This document shows positions 21,783 through 31,891 of a stretch of DNA of 64,000 bases, piece after piece. This stretch comes from Desulfobacterales bacterium. Its GTDB lineage: Bacteria; Desulfobacterota; Desulfobacteria; Desulfobacterales; UBA5852. The notes under the pieces are model-generated. The model did no database searches. It was not told the origin of the DNA and saw only the letters and a list, made by a program, of their open reading frames with translations. The position numbers and the translations under genes are program-made. Each line of letters opens with the position of its first letter. The first letter of the stretch is position 1. Location of the stretch: NCBI GenBank assembly GCA_963674755.2, contig CAXXVS010000001.1, forward strand, positions 1,239,777-1,303,776, read 5' to 3'.

Positions 21783-24485
21783 CTAAATTTGGGCCCGGTC
21801 GATATCCAGGGTCACGGCTTGCAGCAATTGCGCATCGCTCATCTCCGTCAGCATGGCGTCGGCGCCGGTCTTCAGGATATCGTCGGCAAGGTTCGTTTTT
21901 TCCTCGATCAAGGCGTCGATCTTCTCTTCGATGGTGCCCCGGCAAATAAATTTGTGCACCACCACGTTGCGATGCTGACCGATGCGGAAGGCCCGGTCCG
22001 TGGCCTGGTTTTCCACGGCCGGGTTCCACCAGCGGTCGAAGTGGATCACATGCGAGGCCGCCGTCAGGTTGAGACCCGTGCCACCCGCCTTGAGGGAAAG
22101 TACGAAAAACGGCGGTCCGTCTTCCTGCTGGAACCTGTCGATCAGCGCACGGCGTTTCTTTACCGCGGTTCCGCCGTGCAGGACAAGGCCCTCCTGGCCG
22201 AATACGCCGCCGAGAAAGGCGGCGATCGGTTCGGTCATCTCACGGAATTGGGTGAACACCAGCACTTTTTCCTGGCGTGATGCAATTTCCTCGCAGATGC
22301 GCCCGAGCCGGTCGAACTTGCCGCTGTAGATGGGTTCGTAGGCGCCGTCGCCGAGAAACTGGCTCGGATGATTGCATATCTGCTTGAAGCGCATCAGAAA
22401 GGCCAGCACGAGGCCGCGTCGTCGGATCCCGTCAAGGCCCTCAAGGGATGCGGCCAGGTCCTTTACCGCCCTGGTATAGAGCGCGGCCTGTTTTTTGGTC
22501 AGGCCGCAAAAGGCCCTCATTTCGGTTTTGTCGGGCAAATCCGTGATGATGCGTTTGTTGGTCTTGAGCCGCCTGAGCACATAGGGGCTGACCAGTTGCC
22601 GCAGGGGGGCGTAACGGTCATGGGGCCGCGTTTCCAGGCTTTTGACGAATTTCTTGAATCGGTTGGCCGAACCGAGCAGGCCCGGGCAGAGAAAATCAAA
22701 AAGCGACCACAGATCGGAAAGCCGGTTTTCCACCGGTGTACCCGTCAGCGCGATCCTGGCATCCGCCCTGAGTAGTTTGACGGTCCTAGTCTGTTGGGCG
22801 GCCGGGTTTTTGACGGCCTGGGCTTCGTCCAGGATAACCAGCCGCCAGTCGATATCGAGCAGCCATTTGTGCCGGGGCAGCATGGCATAGGTGGTCAAAA
22901 CCACATCGGTGCCCGCAAGAGCCCCACCGGGCGTTGCCGCCCATGCGGCAAGCCTTGCCGGGTCGGTTTCCGAAGGGTGGATGAACGCGGCCCTGAGGGT
23001 CGGTGCAAAGCGCCCGATCTCAGTCTTCCAGTTCGCTAAAAGCGATGCCGGCAACACCAGAAGCGATGGCCTGGCGCCGCGCGGCCTTTTTTGCTTCAGG
23101 GCCAGCAGGAGCGACAGGACCTGAATGGTCTTGCCCAGTCCCATGTCGTCCGCCAGGCATGCCCCCAGCCCCAGGTTTGACAAAAACCAGAGCCAATTGA
23201 AACCGATTTGCTGATAGGGACGCAGGGTGCCGCGAAATCCCCTGAGGCGGCGTTCCCCGGGCAATCCGTCGGGATGGCGCAGGTTCGCCAAAACACCGGA
23301 AAGCCAAGCCCCTGCGTCGACAAAAGACCATTCCTGTCCGTCGTCGGCCTTCGCATTATCGGCCGCCAGGTCCGCCGGGGCCCCTGCCAAAAGGCGCATG
23401 CCTTCGATAAACGAAATGCCGCCGCCGGCAGCCTCGGCCTCCACTTGCTTCCAATGGTCAAGGGCCTCGGCCAGTTTTTGCCGGTCAACTTCGATCCACT
23501 GCCCTTTCACATAAACCAGGCCGTCTTCTGCGGCCATGATCTGGCGCCATTCGTCTTCCGTCAGATTCCGGTCTCCCAGGGCAACACCGACCTTGAAGTC
23601 CAGCATGGCATCGGCGCCGAAGCGGCCTTGTTTTTTATCACCGATGGTTACGGCGATTCGCGGGCGGGGGCGTTTGCGCCACCAGTCCGGCAACCGTACC
23701 AGAAGTCCGCTTTCTTCGAGCAGGGGCACATTTTCCAGCAGGCGGTAGGCCTCCTTCGGCGTCCAGGCCAGGGGGTGGAATACATCCCCGGAAGCGACCA
23801 ATTCCCTTACGAAATCGATTTTCTCCGAGGCGCGTTGCACCGGGGAGAGCAGGTTGATCAAGGCTTGCTTGTTGCGCTGGCCCGCATATTCCTGGAGGGC
23901 TTTGCCCAGGGGCTGGTATTGCACGCGGCCGGCCCTGGAAAGGCGCGGCGCGTAGGTGGCCATAAAGGCAAAAGGCAGTTGGGGATCCTGTTTGTTTTCG
24001 GCCAGGTGAAAACAGACCCGTCCGACCCGATGCCAGATCGACGCATGTGTTTTCAGCCAACCGGCCAGGCCGTCCTTTGAGGCGGCGATCTGCTGGCGCG
24101 CCCAGGTGTCCAGCTCCGCCCAAAGGTCACGCAAAATATCAGCGCTGAGATATTCCGCCCCCTGCATGGGAGGGGTGCCGCGCAGCAGGGCCGCCAGTTC
24201 GGATCCATCAGGCGCTTCCAGGGGCTCGGGGCGGTTTCCGGCAGGCTCGGGTGCGCGGCAGAGCCGGGTCAGGTAGCGGCCGGCGAAATCCCGCCAGAAG
24301 GTGAAGGGGGACGGTGGCGGCACATCCGGCCGTGTGGCGGCGAGCGTGAAAAGACCCGCCGCCTGGGATGACGCAAAGGCGGCTGCGACCCTCTTCATCC
24401 AGGCATCGGGCTCTGGCCCGCCGTCTTCGTCGCCCTGCCGTAAACGGAGGTGTCCGCTGGGTGTCAGGGAAAGATCATAGTTCAT
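21783..24485 (-). CDS. SNF2-family helicase/ATPase
   Basis: LADDMGLGKT, DEAQ, LTGTPVEN, LSLKAGGTGLNL, WNPAVENQATDRAFRIGQ. Confidence 0.95.
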   Translation of the reverse strand: MNYDLSLTPSGHLRLRQGDEDGGPEPDAWMKRVAAAFASSQAAGLFTLAATRPDVPPPSPFTFWRDFAGRYLTRLCRAPEPAGNRPEPLEAPDGSELAALLRGTPPMQGAEYLSADILRDLWAELDTWARQQIAASKDGLAGWLKTHASIWHRVGRVCFHLAENKQDPQLPFAFMATYAPRLSRAGRVQYQPLGKALQEYAGQRNKQALINLLSPVQRASEKIDFVRELVASGDVFHPLAWTPKEAYRLLENVPLLEESGLLVRLPDWWRKRPRPRIAVTIGDKKQGRFGADAMLDFKVGVALGDRNLTEDEWRQIMAAEDGLVYVKGQWIEVDRQKLAEALDHWKQVEAEAAGGGISFIEGMRLLAGAPADLAADNAKADDGQEWSFVDAGAWLSGVLANLRHPDGLPGERRLRGFRGTLRPYQQIGFNWLWFLSNLGLGACLADDMGLGKTIQVLSLLLALKQKRPRGARPSLLVLPASLLANWKTEIGRFAPTLRAAFIHPSETDPARLAAWAATPGGALAGTDVVLTTYAMLPRHKWLLDIDWRLVILDEAQAVKNPAAQQTRTVKLLRADARIALTGTPVENRLSDLWSLFDFLCPGLLGSANRFKKFVKSLETRPHDRYAPLRQLVSPYVLRRLKTNKRIITDLPDKTEMRAFCGLTKKQAALYTRAVKDLAASLEGLDGIRRRGLVLAFLMRFKQICNHPSQFLGDGAYEPIYSGKFDRLGRICEEIASRQEKVLVFTQFREMTEPIAAFLGGVFGQEGLVLHGGTAVKKRRALIDRFQQEDGPPFFVLSLKAGGTGLNLTAASHVIHFDRWWNPAVENQATDRAFRIGQHRNVVVHKFICRGTIEEKIDALIEEKTNLADDILKTGADAMLTEMSDAQLLQAVTLDIDRAQI

Positions 24486-24689
24486 GGCAAAACCCGGAGA
24501 CCATGCTTTCAGGGAATCGTCAGAGTTCAATCGTTTGGTCAATCGAACGATGTTTTGCTACTTCTGTTGCCGGGGGTTGTCCCCACAACTAATGCCGAAG
24601 ACGTAAACAATGCGCCGTTCCGCAAAATTATCACGTTGGCCGTGAGCCATCAATGTCAATGGCGATCAAACGTCAAATTGGATCAACCC

Positions 24690-24755
24690 ATGGAAATGGA
24701 GGATTTCCTGTCGCTGCATGCCGTGTTTACCGTGGAAGAGCTGGGTCGCTTTCTG
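24690..24755 (+). pseudogene. Possible N-terminal relic of an AbiEi-type antitoxin/wHTH regulator
   Basis: MEMEDFLSLHAVFTVEELGRFL resembles such N-termini, then the similarity stops. Confidence 0.3.
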
Positions 24756-25005
24756 AATATATCATGGGCGAAGGTGAAATTGGGACCGTGGCAGAATTGC
24801 CGGGTTGGGAGTTGGTTTGCCCTTCCACCGGATTTCGCGTGGTTTTGCGCTGTGTGGCGGGAAAAATTCGTTCTGCGGGTTTTTCTACTGGAAGCCGGGG
24901 CCAAAATGTCGGGGGGCGGAACCCAAAACGCCGAAACCGCCGGGCAAGCCTTGGGTCTAGGCGCATGATACAAAATCTTCCTTAAGACCGTTTTGTCGGC
25001 AGCTG

Positions 25006-25446
25006 TCAGCTGACCGATATCATCGCCCCTGCAATCACCAAAACCGCGCCGGCCAGTTTTCGGGCGCTGACCGGGTCCGGCGGGGATTCCAAGATCCCGA
25101 AATGACTGACGACGATCGCCATTCCGACTTGTCCGGCAATCAGCAGGATGAAAAACTTGCGGGCGCCGAGATAGGGGATCAAAAACGTGGTCCCCAAAAC
25201 GATAAACGCGCTGATGAAGCCAGTCAGATAGAGATAAACAGGCACCTGGCGGAAGCGGTAAACCGCACCGGTATCGCCGGAAAAAAACAGGATCAGAAGG
25301 GACGTGATGAAGGCCACCAGGAAGAAGGTGACATTGGCGGCGATGGACGACCCCAGATATCGGGATACGGAACTGTTCATGGGTAGGTAGATCGACATGA
25401 TCATCCCCATGACAAATGCGGCACCAATAAACAGAAGTGTTTGCAT
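25006..25446 (-). CDS. DMT superfamily transporter (YdcZ/DUF606-like)
   Basis: Five TM segments, PMNS, LIAGQ..IVVSHFG. Confidence 0.8.
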   Translation of the reverse strand: MQTLLFIGAAFVMGMIMSIYLPMNSSVSRYLGSSIAANVTFFLVAFITSLLILFFSGDTGAVYRFRQVPVYLYLTGFISAFIVLGTTFLIPYLGARKFFILLIAGQVGMAIVVSHFGILESPPDPVSARKLAGAVLVIAGAMISVS

Positions 25447-25554
25447 TTTTAATTTCGCTGAAGTGGATGGCGGTTGGCACAATGTTCCGGAAACGGTATG
25501 CCCCGGAAGTTTTTACTTGACAAGGTTATAGTCGTCAGCGCATAAGACGTCAAG

Positions 25555-25568
25555 TCATCATATGACTA
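25555..25568 (-). promoter_or_regulatory. Candidate operator TAGTCATATGATGA (copy 1)
   Basis: Identical 14-mer at 30482-30495; lies downstream of TTGACA (25517). Confidence 0.55.
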
Positions 25569-25650
25569 TATGAGTTGATGACTATGGTTGCCCGAAAGCC
25601 GATTTTACCCCCTTGGCGCTCACTATCAATAGAATAACAGGAGCATAATA

Positions 25651-26091
25651 ATGGATTATTTTACTGGCGGGACTATCGACCGTGTCATTATCGCCTCTCT
25701 GACTCCTGGCGATCTCTTTCTGGAAAGCATCGAGGAGATCATTAAAACAGAGAAAATCGAGACCGGTGTCATCACCTCGGGAATCGGGTCGTTCCGTAAA
25801 TTCAAGTACCACACCATCACCTGGACGGGCATGCCGCCGAAAGACCGTTTTTACGAAGTCGACGGCCCCATCGAGATCGGCGGTATTCAGGGCATGATCG
25901 TGGGGGGCGAACCTCACTTGCACATCACCTTCAACAACTGCGAAACCGGCGAGACCTCGACGGGACATATAGAATACGGCTGCGAAGTCTGCTACCTGGT
26001 CGAATTGTTCATCGAAGTGGTCAAGGGGGTCAGCATTAAAAAAGAGAAGGATCCCGACAATCCGGGCGTTGTCAAGTTCGTTGCCAAGTAA
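25651..26091 (+). CDS. PPC/DUF296-domain protein
   Basis: SGIGS, EIGGIQG, PHLHITF, GHI; AGGAG RBS. Confidence 0.85.
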   Translation: MDYFTGGTIDRVIIASLTPGDLFLESIEEIIKTEKIETGVITSGIGSFRKFKYHTITWTGMPPKDRFYEVDGPIEIGGIQGMIVGGEPHLHITFNNCETGETSTGHIEYGCEVCYLVELFIEVVKGVSIKKEKDPDNPGVVKFVAK

Positions 26092-26159
26092 ATTCCGGGC
26101 CGGTTCGCAGCCGGGCATTCCCTTCAGCCCAGCATACATACAATATGGTTGAGGATGAG

Positions 26160-26491
26160 TCGGATTAGCTGAGAACCGGCATGGAACAGGCGTCGATCCG
26201 CAACTGGTGTGCGAGGTTGTTGGCAGCGGCATCGGCGGAAACGAATATTTTCGATTGTTGTCCAAGGGTATATTGGAGGACACAACCAGCCCCGGAGGGA
26301 TGGGGCCGCTCTGGAAAGACCTGAATATTGCCGTTACATCGGCCCGGGCCCATCATTTGCCGTTGTTGACGGTAACGGCGGCCGCTCAGTATTTTGACAT
26401 GGCTGTCGCACAAGGGATGGCAACAGAAGACAGTGCGCGTCTGATGGACGTCTTGGACGGAATGGTCGGTCAGACAAAAAACCTTGCGTAA
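26160..26491 (+). pseudogene. C-terminal relic of a beta-hydroxyacid dehydrogenase (GarR/MmsB family)
   Basis: GVDPQLVCEVV..KDLNIAV..LPLLTVTAAAQYF..G...ED helical domain; Rossmann domain missing. Confidence 0.65.
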
Positions 26492-26546
26492 CGCTGGGCA
26501 AGCCCCGTTTACGCACAATGAGGGCCTGTCAGAAAAGGAGAAAACA

Positions 26547-27635
26547 ATGGGAGATGACAGTGTCGTAAAATACGATGAACGCGGGGTAATGGATGGTGGC
26601 ACCATGGGGTTGCCACGGGAGATGAACAGGGACATCTGGCTGAAAGAAGTCTTTCCGGAGTGGGGCACCTATTTAAATCACGAAATCGACCAGTTCCAAG
26701 TTCCCGACGGTGTGGGGGCCCTGTGGTATCTGGGCGCGATGAGTTGTGTGCTGAAAAGTCAATCCGGCGCTGTCTTCACGGTGGACCTGTATTCCGGTCC
26801 CAGCATATTTACGGATAAATCCTATTGCGGTGTCTGCAAAACAGCCGGTGCGCAGAAACTGTATTGGATGCGAACCCATCCCATGGTCATCGATCCATGG
26901 AAATTCAAGCGCCTGGACGCCGTCTGTGTGACCCACCATCATCAGGACCATATGGACTACTACACGATCAGTGCGGCGCTTCAGACCACCAACTGCAAGT
27001 TCATCGCCCCGCCCGAAGCGGCGCGCCGAATGAAAGAGAACATGGGTGTCCCCGAAGACCGGCTCATCGTGGCCAAGGTCGGGGAGAGTGTGCAGATCGA
27101 GGATATGAAGATCGATTTCGCACCGAATTTCGACGTCATCGCCACCAAGACCGGTTTCGATAAACCGGTTCCTTTCTCGCAAGTCGCCGTGGGCTTTATT
27201 TTCAATACCCAGGGGGGCAACTTCGCCTTTTTGGGGGATTCGCTCTACCATAACGGATACCGCATGGTGGGTGAGAAGTACAAAGTGGATGTGGTCAGCA
27301 TGGCCATGGGCAACAATGCCCCCGGCTACACCGATAAAATGTCGCCCTGGGATTTGTGGCGGGTGGCCGAGGCGCTGAATACGAAGGTCATATTGCCCAT
27401 GCATCATGACAACTGGGCGAATTGTTTTGAGAACCCGCAGTATCTGGAAGAGATCGTCAAGTGGAAAAACCTTGAAAAGCGCCATCCGCCCATGAGTGTG
27501 GTCAGCCTGCTGCCGGGGGCCCGCTATATCCATCCCACGGATAACGACGGGCGCCGATACATGTACCCGGACAACCGTGAGCTGTGCTGCTGGCAAGACA
27601 GCGAGGAATACGGACCGGACAGCGATATCGGCTAA
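26547..27635 (+). CDS. UlaG-like metallo-beta-lactamase-fold lactonase
   Basis: FPEWGTYLNHEI, THHHQDH, GDSLY, TDKMSP, PMHHDNW match the L-ascorbate-6-P lactonase family. Confidence 0.85.
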   Translation: MGDDSVVKYDERGVMDGGTMGLPREMNRDIWLKEVFPEWGTYLNHEIDQFQVPDGVGALWYLGAMSCVLKSQSGAVFTVDLYSGPSIFTDKSYCGVCKTAGAQKLYWMRTHPMVIDPWKFKRLDAVCVTHHHQDHMDYYTISAALQTTNCKFIAPPEAARRMKENMGVPEDRLIVAKVGESVQIEDMKIDFAPNFDVIATKTGFDKPVPFSQVAVGFIFNTQGGNFAFLGDSLYHNGYRMVGEKYKVDVVSMAMGNNAPGYTDKMSPWDLWRVAEALNTKVILPMHHDNWANCFENPQYLEEIVKWKNLEKRHPPMSVVSLLPGARYIHPTDNDGRRYMYPDNRELCCWQDSEEYGPDSDIG

Positions 27636-27681
27636 AGCCGCCGCCAGTTTGCTTTGAAGATTGGCGCAGGGGGTTGTGACG

Positions 27682-28482
27682 GTGCTGAAATTTTCGATTA
27701 ATACCGGCATGCTATTTACCGAACGACCGTTTCTGGATCGGTTTGAAGCGTGTCGTTCGGCCGGTTTTGCGCATGTGGAATTTCCTTTCCCTTACGCCTT
27801 TGACCCCCACGTGCTGAATGCAGCGATTCAAAAATCCGGACTTGAGCTCATCCTCTTCGACCTGCCGGTAGACGATTGGGATGCGGGTGGAAGGGGATGC
27901 GCCACGGATCCCCATGCCATAGAAACATTTCGTGGTGGCGTGGAGAGAGCCATACATTACGCTTCAATACTGAAGCCCAAATTTCTGACCTGCATCGTCG
28001 GGAAGAAAATAAAAGGGGTATCCTACGGCGAACAAAAGGCGGTTTTAGTCGACAACCTGCGCCATGCCTGCGGTTTGCTCGCGCCGGTGGGTATCGACTT
28101 GTTGGTCGAGGTTTTTAACGATTGCGATCATCCCGGTTTTTTCCTGACAAGTGTTGACGTCGCTGCCGCTTTGCTGGCGGAAGTCGACCGGCCCAATCTT
28201 AAGATACAGTTTGACACCTATCACGTGCAATTGATGGAAGGCGATCTAAGCCGGTTAATCACCAGGCATATCAACGCCATCGGTCACATCCAGATCGGCG
28301 ATGTCCCCGGCCGCCATCAGCCGGGGACCGGGAAAATCGATTTCGCAGGCCTGTTCAGGGATCTTGAAGGGCTGCGCTATTCAGGCTACATAGGGCTTGA
28401 ATACATCCCTTTGGGTGAAACCGGGGATTCCCTGGAATGGATGAAAAAAGCCCGCTTGGGGGTGGCGTATGAAGAAAAATAA
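27682..28482 (+). CDS. Hydroxypyruvate isomerase family protein
   Basis: LFTERPFLDRF, VEFPFPY, FDTYHVQ, HIQIGDVPGRHQPGTG, GLEY. Confidence 0.9.
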   Translation: MLKFSINTGMLFTERPFLDRFEACRSAGFAHVEFPFPYAFDPHVLNAAIQKSGLELILFDLPVDDWDAGGRGCATDPHAIETFRGGVERAIHYASILKPKFLTCIVGKKIKGVSYGEQKAVLVDNLRHACGLLAPVGIDLLVEVFNDCDHPGFFLTSVDVAAALLAEVDRPNLKIQFDTYHVQLMEGDLSRLITRHINAIGHIQIGDVPGRHQPGTGKIDFAGLFRDLEGLRYSGYIGLEYIPLGETGDSLEWMKKARLGVAYEEK

Positions 28483-28527
28483 AGTGATGACGTCCGGATC
28501 TGCGTATGACGAGGCGAGGAGAATACA

Positions 28528-29286
28528 TTGAAACGCGTCAGCCTGGTTGATTCCATTGTCGAGGAAATCAAAAGCAAAATTATCAACGGGGAATTCAAAG
28601 ACGGCGATATGCTGGAATCCCAAGACATGATGGCCAAATCGATGAACATCAGCCGGCCCTCACTCCGAGAGGCCCTCAGGCGGTTGCAGCTGATGGGATT
28701 GATCGATTTTCAGCATGGTCGCGGAACGTTCGTTAAAACACTGCAACCCAAAGACTATATGAGTCCCATTTCAGGCTTCCTCCCCATCGATAAAAAATCA
28801 GCCTATGAACTGCTCGAAGCGCGGCTCTTTCTGGAAAGTGCGGCCGCTGCCCTGGCCGCTCAAAAGGCTACCGAAACCGATATTGGGGCCCTGGCGGATG
28901 CGCTGGATAAGATGCAAAGGGCCGCGGATGATATGAATGTTCAAGAATTTGTAAAGCTTGATGTCAAATTTCACCTCCTGATCGCCCAGGGGTGTCGAAA
29001 CCGTATCATTCACCAGATTATCGACATCCTCCGTGGTCTTCTCCATAAATTGGTGTCCCGTGTGTTTGACAGGAACCGTGACCAATTGAAAACAACCTTT
29101 TCCCAGACAATGGCGTATCACCGGCAAATTTTTGAAGCCGTCCGATCGCGAAACGCAACCGAAGCAAGGCGCATCATGGAAGCACACATCCAAGATGTTC
29201 AGAAAAAGCTGGAAAAAAACGGCGATTTCCTTCTTACGTCCTGTGACAAGGGCACCGTGCAAACCGATTCGGAAGATAAGAGATAG
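28528..29286 (+). CDS. FadR/GntR family transcriptional regulator
   Basis: ISRPSLREAL..GRGTFV wHTH, FCD domain; TTG start with AGGAG RBS. Confidence 0.92.
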   Translation: MKRVSLVDSIVEEIKSKIINGEFKDGDMLESQDMMAKSMNISRPSLREALRRLQLMGLIDFQHGRGTFVKTLQPKDYMSPISGFLPIDKKSAYELLEARLFLESAAAALAAQKATETDIGALADALDKMQRAADDMNVQEFVKLDVKFHLLIAQGCRNRIIHQIIDILRGLLHKLVSRVFDRNRDQLKTTFSQTMAYHRQIFEAVRSRNATEARRIMEAHIQDVQKKLEKNGDFLLTSCDKGTVQTDSEDKR

Positions 29287-29287
29287 C

Positions 29288-30460
29288 ATGCAACCATTAC
29301 AAAGGATATTGCTGAAAGCAGGCCACTTATTGTGCGGCAAGGATTTCCAGGTAAAAAAAGATATGGCCGTTATGATCGAAGACGGCATTATCAAAGAAAT
29401 AAGGCCTTACGAACATGCACCGCAGGATCAGGGATTGCAGCTCGTCGATGGCTCGGCCTTGTTTCTGCTCCCCGGTCTCATCGATGCCCACAATCATCTG
29501 TCGCTTGATGCCAGCCTGCCCGCCTATCTGGAAAAAATGACCGATCCGCTTCCGGCCCTGGTGCTGAGGGCTGCCAAAAACATCGAGAAAGACGTGTTGG
29601 CCGGCGTTACAACAATGCGCTGCCTTGGGGACAAGGAATATCTGGACGTCCACAGCCGGAATTTTATCAATTCCGGCTTTTACAAGGGGCCCCGGCTTGT
29701 CCTGTCCGGCAAGGGCATCCGATCAAGTGCGGGGCATGGGTTTGTCGGCTACCCCTTCGACGGCCCGGAGGCCATCAGGCTCGCGGTACGTGACAATATC
29801 CGGCAGGGCGCGGACATCGTCAAATTTTTCGTCACCGGCACCTTGCCTTCCAAGGGCGGCATGACTTGCTTCTTCTCCCGTGAAGAAATCGAGATGATTG
29901 TCTCCGAAGCCAACCGAATGGGACGCCCCACGGCCGTCCACTGCGTCGGGGGCGTCGGGTTTGACTGGTGTCTGGATGCCGGAGTCGATGTGATCGAGCA
30001 TGGCTATTTTTTAACCGAGAAGCAGATCGACAGACTTTCCGGTTCCCGCGTAAGACTGGTGATGACCCCCGGTTTTTATATGGCTGACCAACGCATTCAG
30101 GCCATGCCCGGCCCTTTGGTGGAACCCCACCGCGAAGCAGCCGGAATGGCCCGGTCCACCATGGAAGCCATCATTCGCTCAGGCATCCCATATGCGCTGG
30201 GCACCGACGGCGTTCATGGAAGCGGGGCTATGGCTGCCGAGATGGCATGCCTGGCGGCATTGGGCGCCTCACCGCGGGCAGCATTGTCGGCGGCCACAAC
30301 TTGCGGTGCGGAAGTCTGCGGTCTGGAAGGTGTCACCGGCAGCATTGAAATCGGCATGTCCGCCGATCTCATCGGTGTAGCGGCCAACCCCCTCGAGAAT
30401 AGGGATACCTTGACGGATATCCGATGTGTCATCGCCCGGGGTGAGGTGGTGAAACCATAA
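29288..30460 (+). CDS. Metal-dependent amidohydrolase
   Basis: PGLIDAHNH, AVH, IEHG, LGTD, GSIEIGMSADL. Confidence 0.9.
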   Translation: MQPLQRILLKAGHLLCGKDFQVKKDMAVMIEDGIIKEIRPYEHAPQDQGLQLVDGSALFLLPGLIDAHNHLSLDASLPAYLEKMTDPLPALVLRAAKNIEKDVLAGVTTMRCLGDKEYLDVHSRNFINSGFYKGPRLVLSGKGIRSSAGHGFVGYPFDGPEAIRLAVRDNIRQGADIVKFFVTGTLPSKGGMTCFFSREEIEMIVSEANRMGRPTAVHCVGGVGFDWCLDAGVDVIEHGYFLTEKQIDRLSGSRVRLVMTPGFYMADQRIQAMPGPLVEPHREAAGMARSTMEAIIRSGIPYALGTDGVHGSGAMAAEMACLAALGASPRAALSAATTCGAEVCGLEGVTGSIEIGMSADLIGVAANPLENRDTLTDIRCVIARGEVVKP

Positions 30461-30481
30461 TGGGGGTGTTTTTTTTTGATC

Positions 30482-30495
30482 TAGTCATATGATGA
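30482..30495 (+). promoter_or_regulatory. Candidate operator TAGTCATATGATGA (copy 2)
   Basis: Exact match to the reverse complement of 25555-25568; directly upstream of the Mo-hydroxylase genes. Confidence 0.55.
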
Positions 30496-30538
30496 TTAAA
30501 CCATTAGATGAGTGACTGAAACGAGAGGAGCCAACTCT

Positions 30539-31408
30539 ATGGAACAAAATGATTTTACAGCCCCTAATGACATAGTTACCGTCTTTAACCACATGGAGCA
30601 AATGGGTGAATCGGCCCGGCTTCTGGCTGGTGGAACCGATCTCATGGTTTCCGTGAATTTAAGACGGAAATCGGTCGAGAAACTCATTTATCTCGGGAAT
30701 TGCGGCCTGGATCGTATCGAACAAACCGATGGCAACCTCGTCATCGGTGCGGCCGCCACCCTTACATCCATCGTCAAATCCGAATTCGTTAACCAGAAGG
30801 CGCCCGTGCTGGTTGACGCGTGCAAATCCATCGGATCGCCGGCCATCAGGAATATGGCCACGCTGGGCGGCAACATCTGCAATGCTTCGCCGGCGGCTGA
30901 TGGTGCCCTCGCCCTGCTGGCGCTGGATGCCGGGGTTACCATCGTTTCGGCCGCCGGAGAACGAAACGTCCCCATCAACACCTTCTTCACCGGCCCCGGG
31001 CAAACCGTTCTGAAGCCCAATGAAATGGTCAAGGAATTCACGATTCCCTTGGGAACACAAAACAGCCGCTGCGGCTGGTCCAAAATCGGTCAGCGCAAGG
31101 CCGAAATGATCAGCATCGCGGCGGTCGCCGTGAGCCTGCAAATCCAGCAGGGCCAGTGCCACAAGGTCAGGATTGCGCTTGGTGCCGTCGCCCCCACACC
31201 GCTTCTGGCGGTCAAGGCGGCGGGCGTTTTGGAAGGCCAGCCCCTCAATGAAGAATCGATCGAGGCGGCCGCAAAAACCGCTGCGGAAGAAACCAGCCCG
31301 ATCGACGACCCCAGAGCTTCGGCCTGGTACCGCAAACGCGTTGTCAAAGCCATGGTGGCACAGGTTCTTGGGAAAATACAAAAGGAGGAAACCGATGGCC
31401 GTGCTTAA
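30539..31408 (+). CDS. Xanthine dehydrogenase family FAD-binding subunit
   Basis: LAGGTDL, IRNMATLGGN, ASPAAD. Confidence 0.93.
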   Translation: MEQNDFTAPNDIVTVFNHMEQMGESARLLAGGTDLMVSVNLRRKSVEKLIYLGNCGLDRIEQTDGNLVIGAAATLTSIVKSEFVNQKAPVLVDACKSIGSPAIRNMATLGGNICNASPAADGALALLALDAGVTIVSAAGERNVPINTFFTGPGQTVLKPNEMVKEFTIPLGTQNSRCGWSKIGQRKAEMISIAAVAVSLQIQQGQCHKVRIALGAVAPTPLLAVKAAGVLEGQPLNEESIEAAAKTAAEETSPIDDPRASAWYRKRVVKAMVAQVLGKIQKEETDGRA

Positions 31409-31859
31409 TTTGAACGTCAATGGAACCCATCACCAGGTGGTCGTTGAGGCGACAACGACGCTGCTGGAAGTGCTGCGGGATAAACTTTTGATCACCAGCC
31501 CCAAAATGGGATGCAACACCGGTGATTGCGGCACCTGCTCGGTCCTTTTAAACGGTGAATTGATCCGTTCCTGCATCACGCCGGCCATGGTCGCTGATGG
31601 AAAAACCGTCACCACCGTCGAAGGTATAGCGCCCCCCGGCGAACTGGATCCTCTTCAAGAAGCCTTCCACGAACATCATGGCGCCCAATGCGGGTTTTGC
31701 ACCCCGGGGATGATCATGGCGGCAAAGGCGCTGTTGACCGAAAACCCGGAACCCACCGAGCAGGAAATTAGGGAAGGGCTGTCGGGGAACCTTTGCCGGT
31801 GTACGGGCTATAAGAAAATTGTCGAATCAGTCCAGGCGGCCGCGGCTAAAAAAAACTGA
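31395..31859 (+). CDS. Xanthine dehydrogenase family 2x[2Fe-2S] subunit
   Basis: GCNTGDCGTC, QCGFCTPG, NLCRCTGY; AGGAGG RBS. Confidence 0.95.
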   Translation: MAVLNLNVNGTHHQVVVEATTTLLEVLRDKLLITSPKMGCNTGDCGTCSVLLNGELIRSCITPAMVADGKTVTTVEGIAPPGELDPLQEAFHEHHGAQCGFCTPGMIMAAKALLTENPEPTEQEIREGLSGNLCRCTGYKKIVESVQAAAAKKN

Positions 31860-31891
31860 TGATGGCAAGAAAATGAAAGAGAGGTATATCC

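Noticed and set aside
24760..24970. MITE bounded by TATCATG/CATGATA
   Set aside because: The inverted repeat is only 7 bp perfect, there is no target duplication, and it is single copy in the window.
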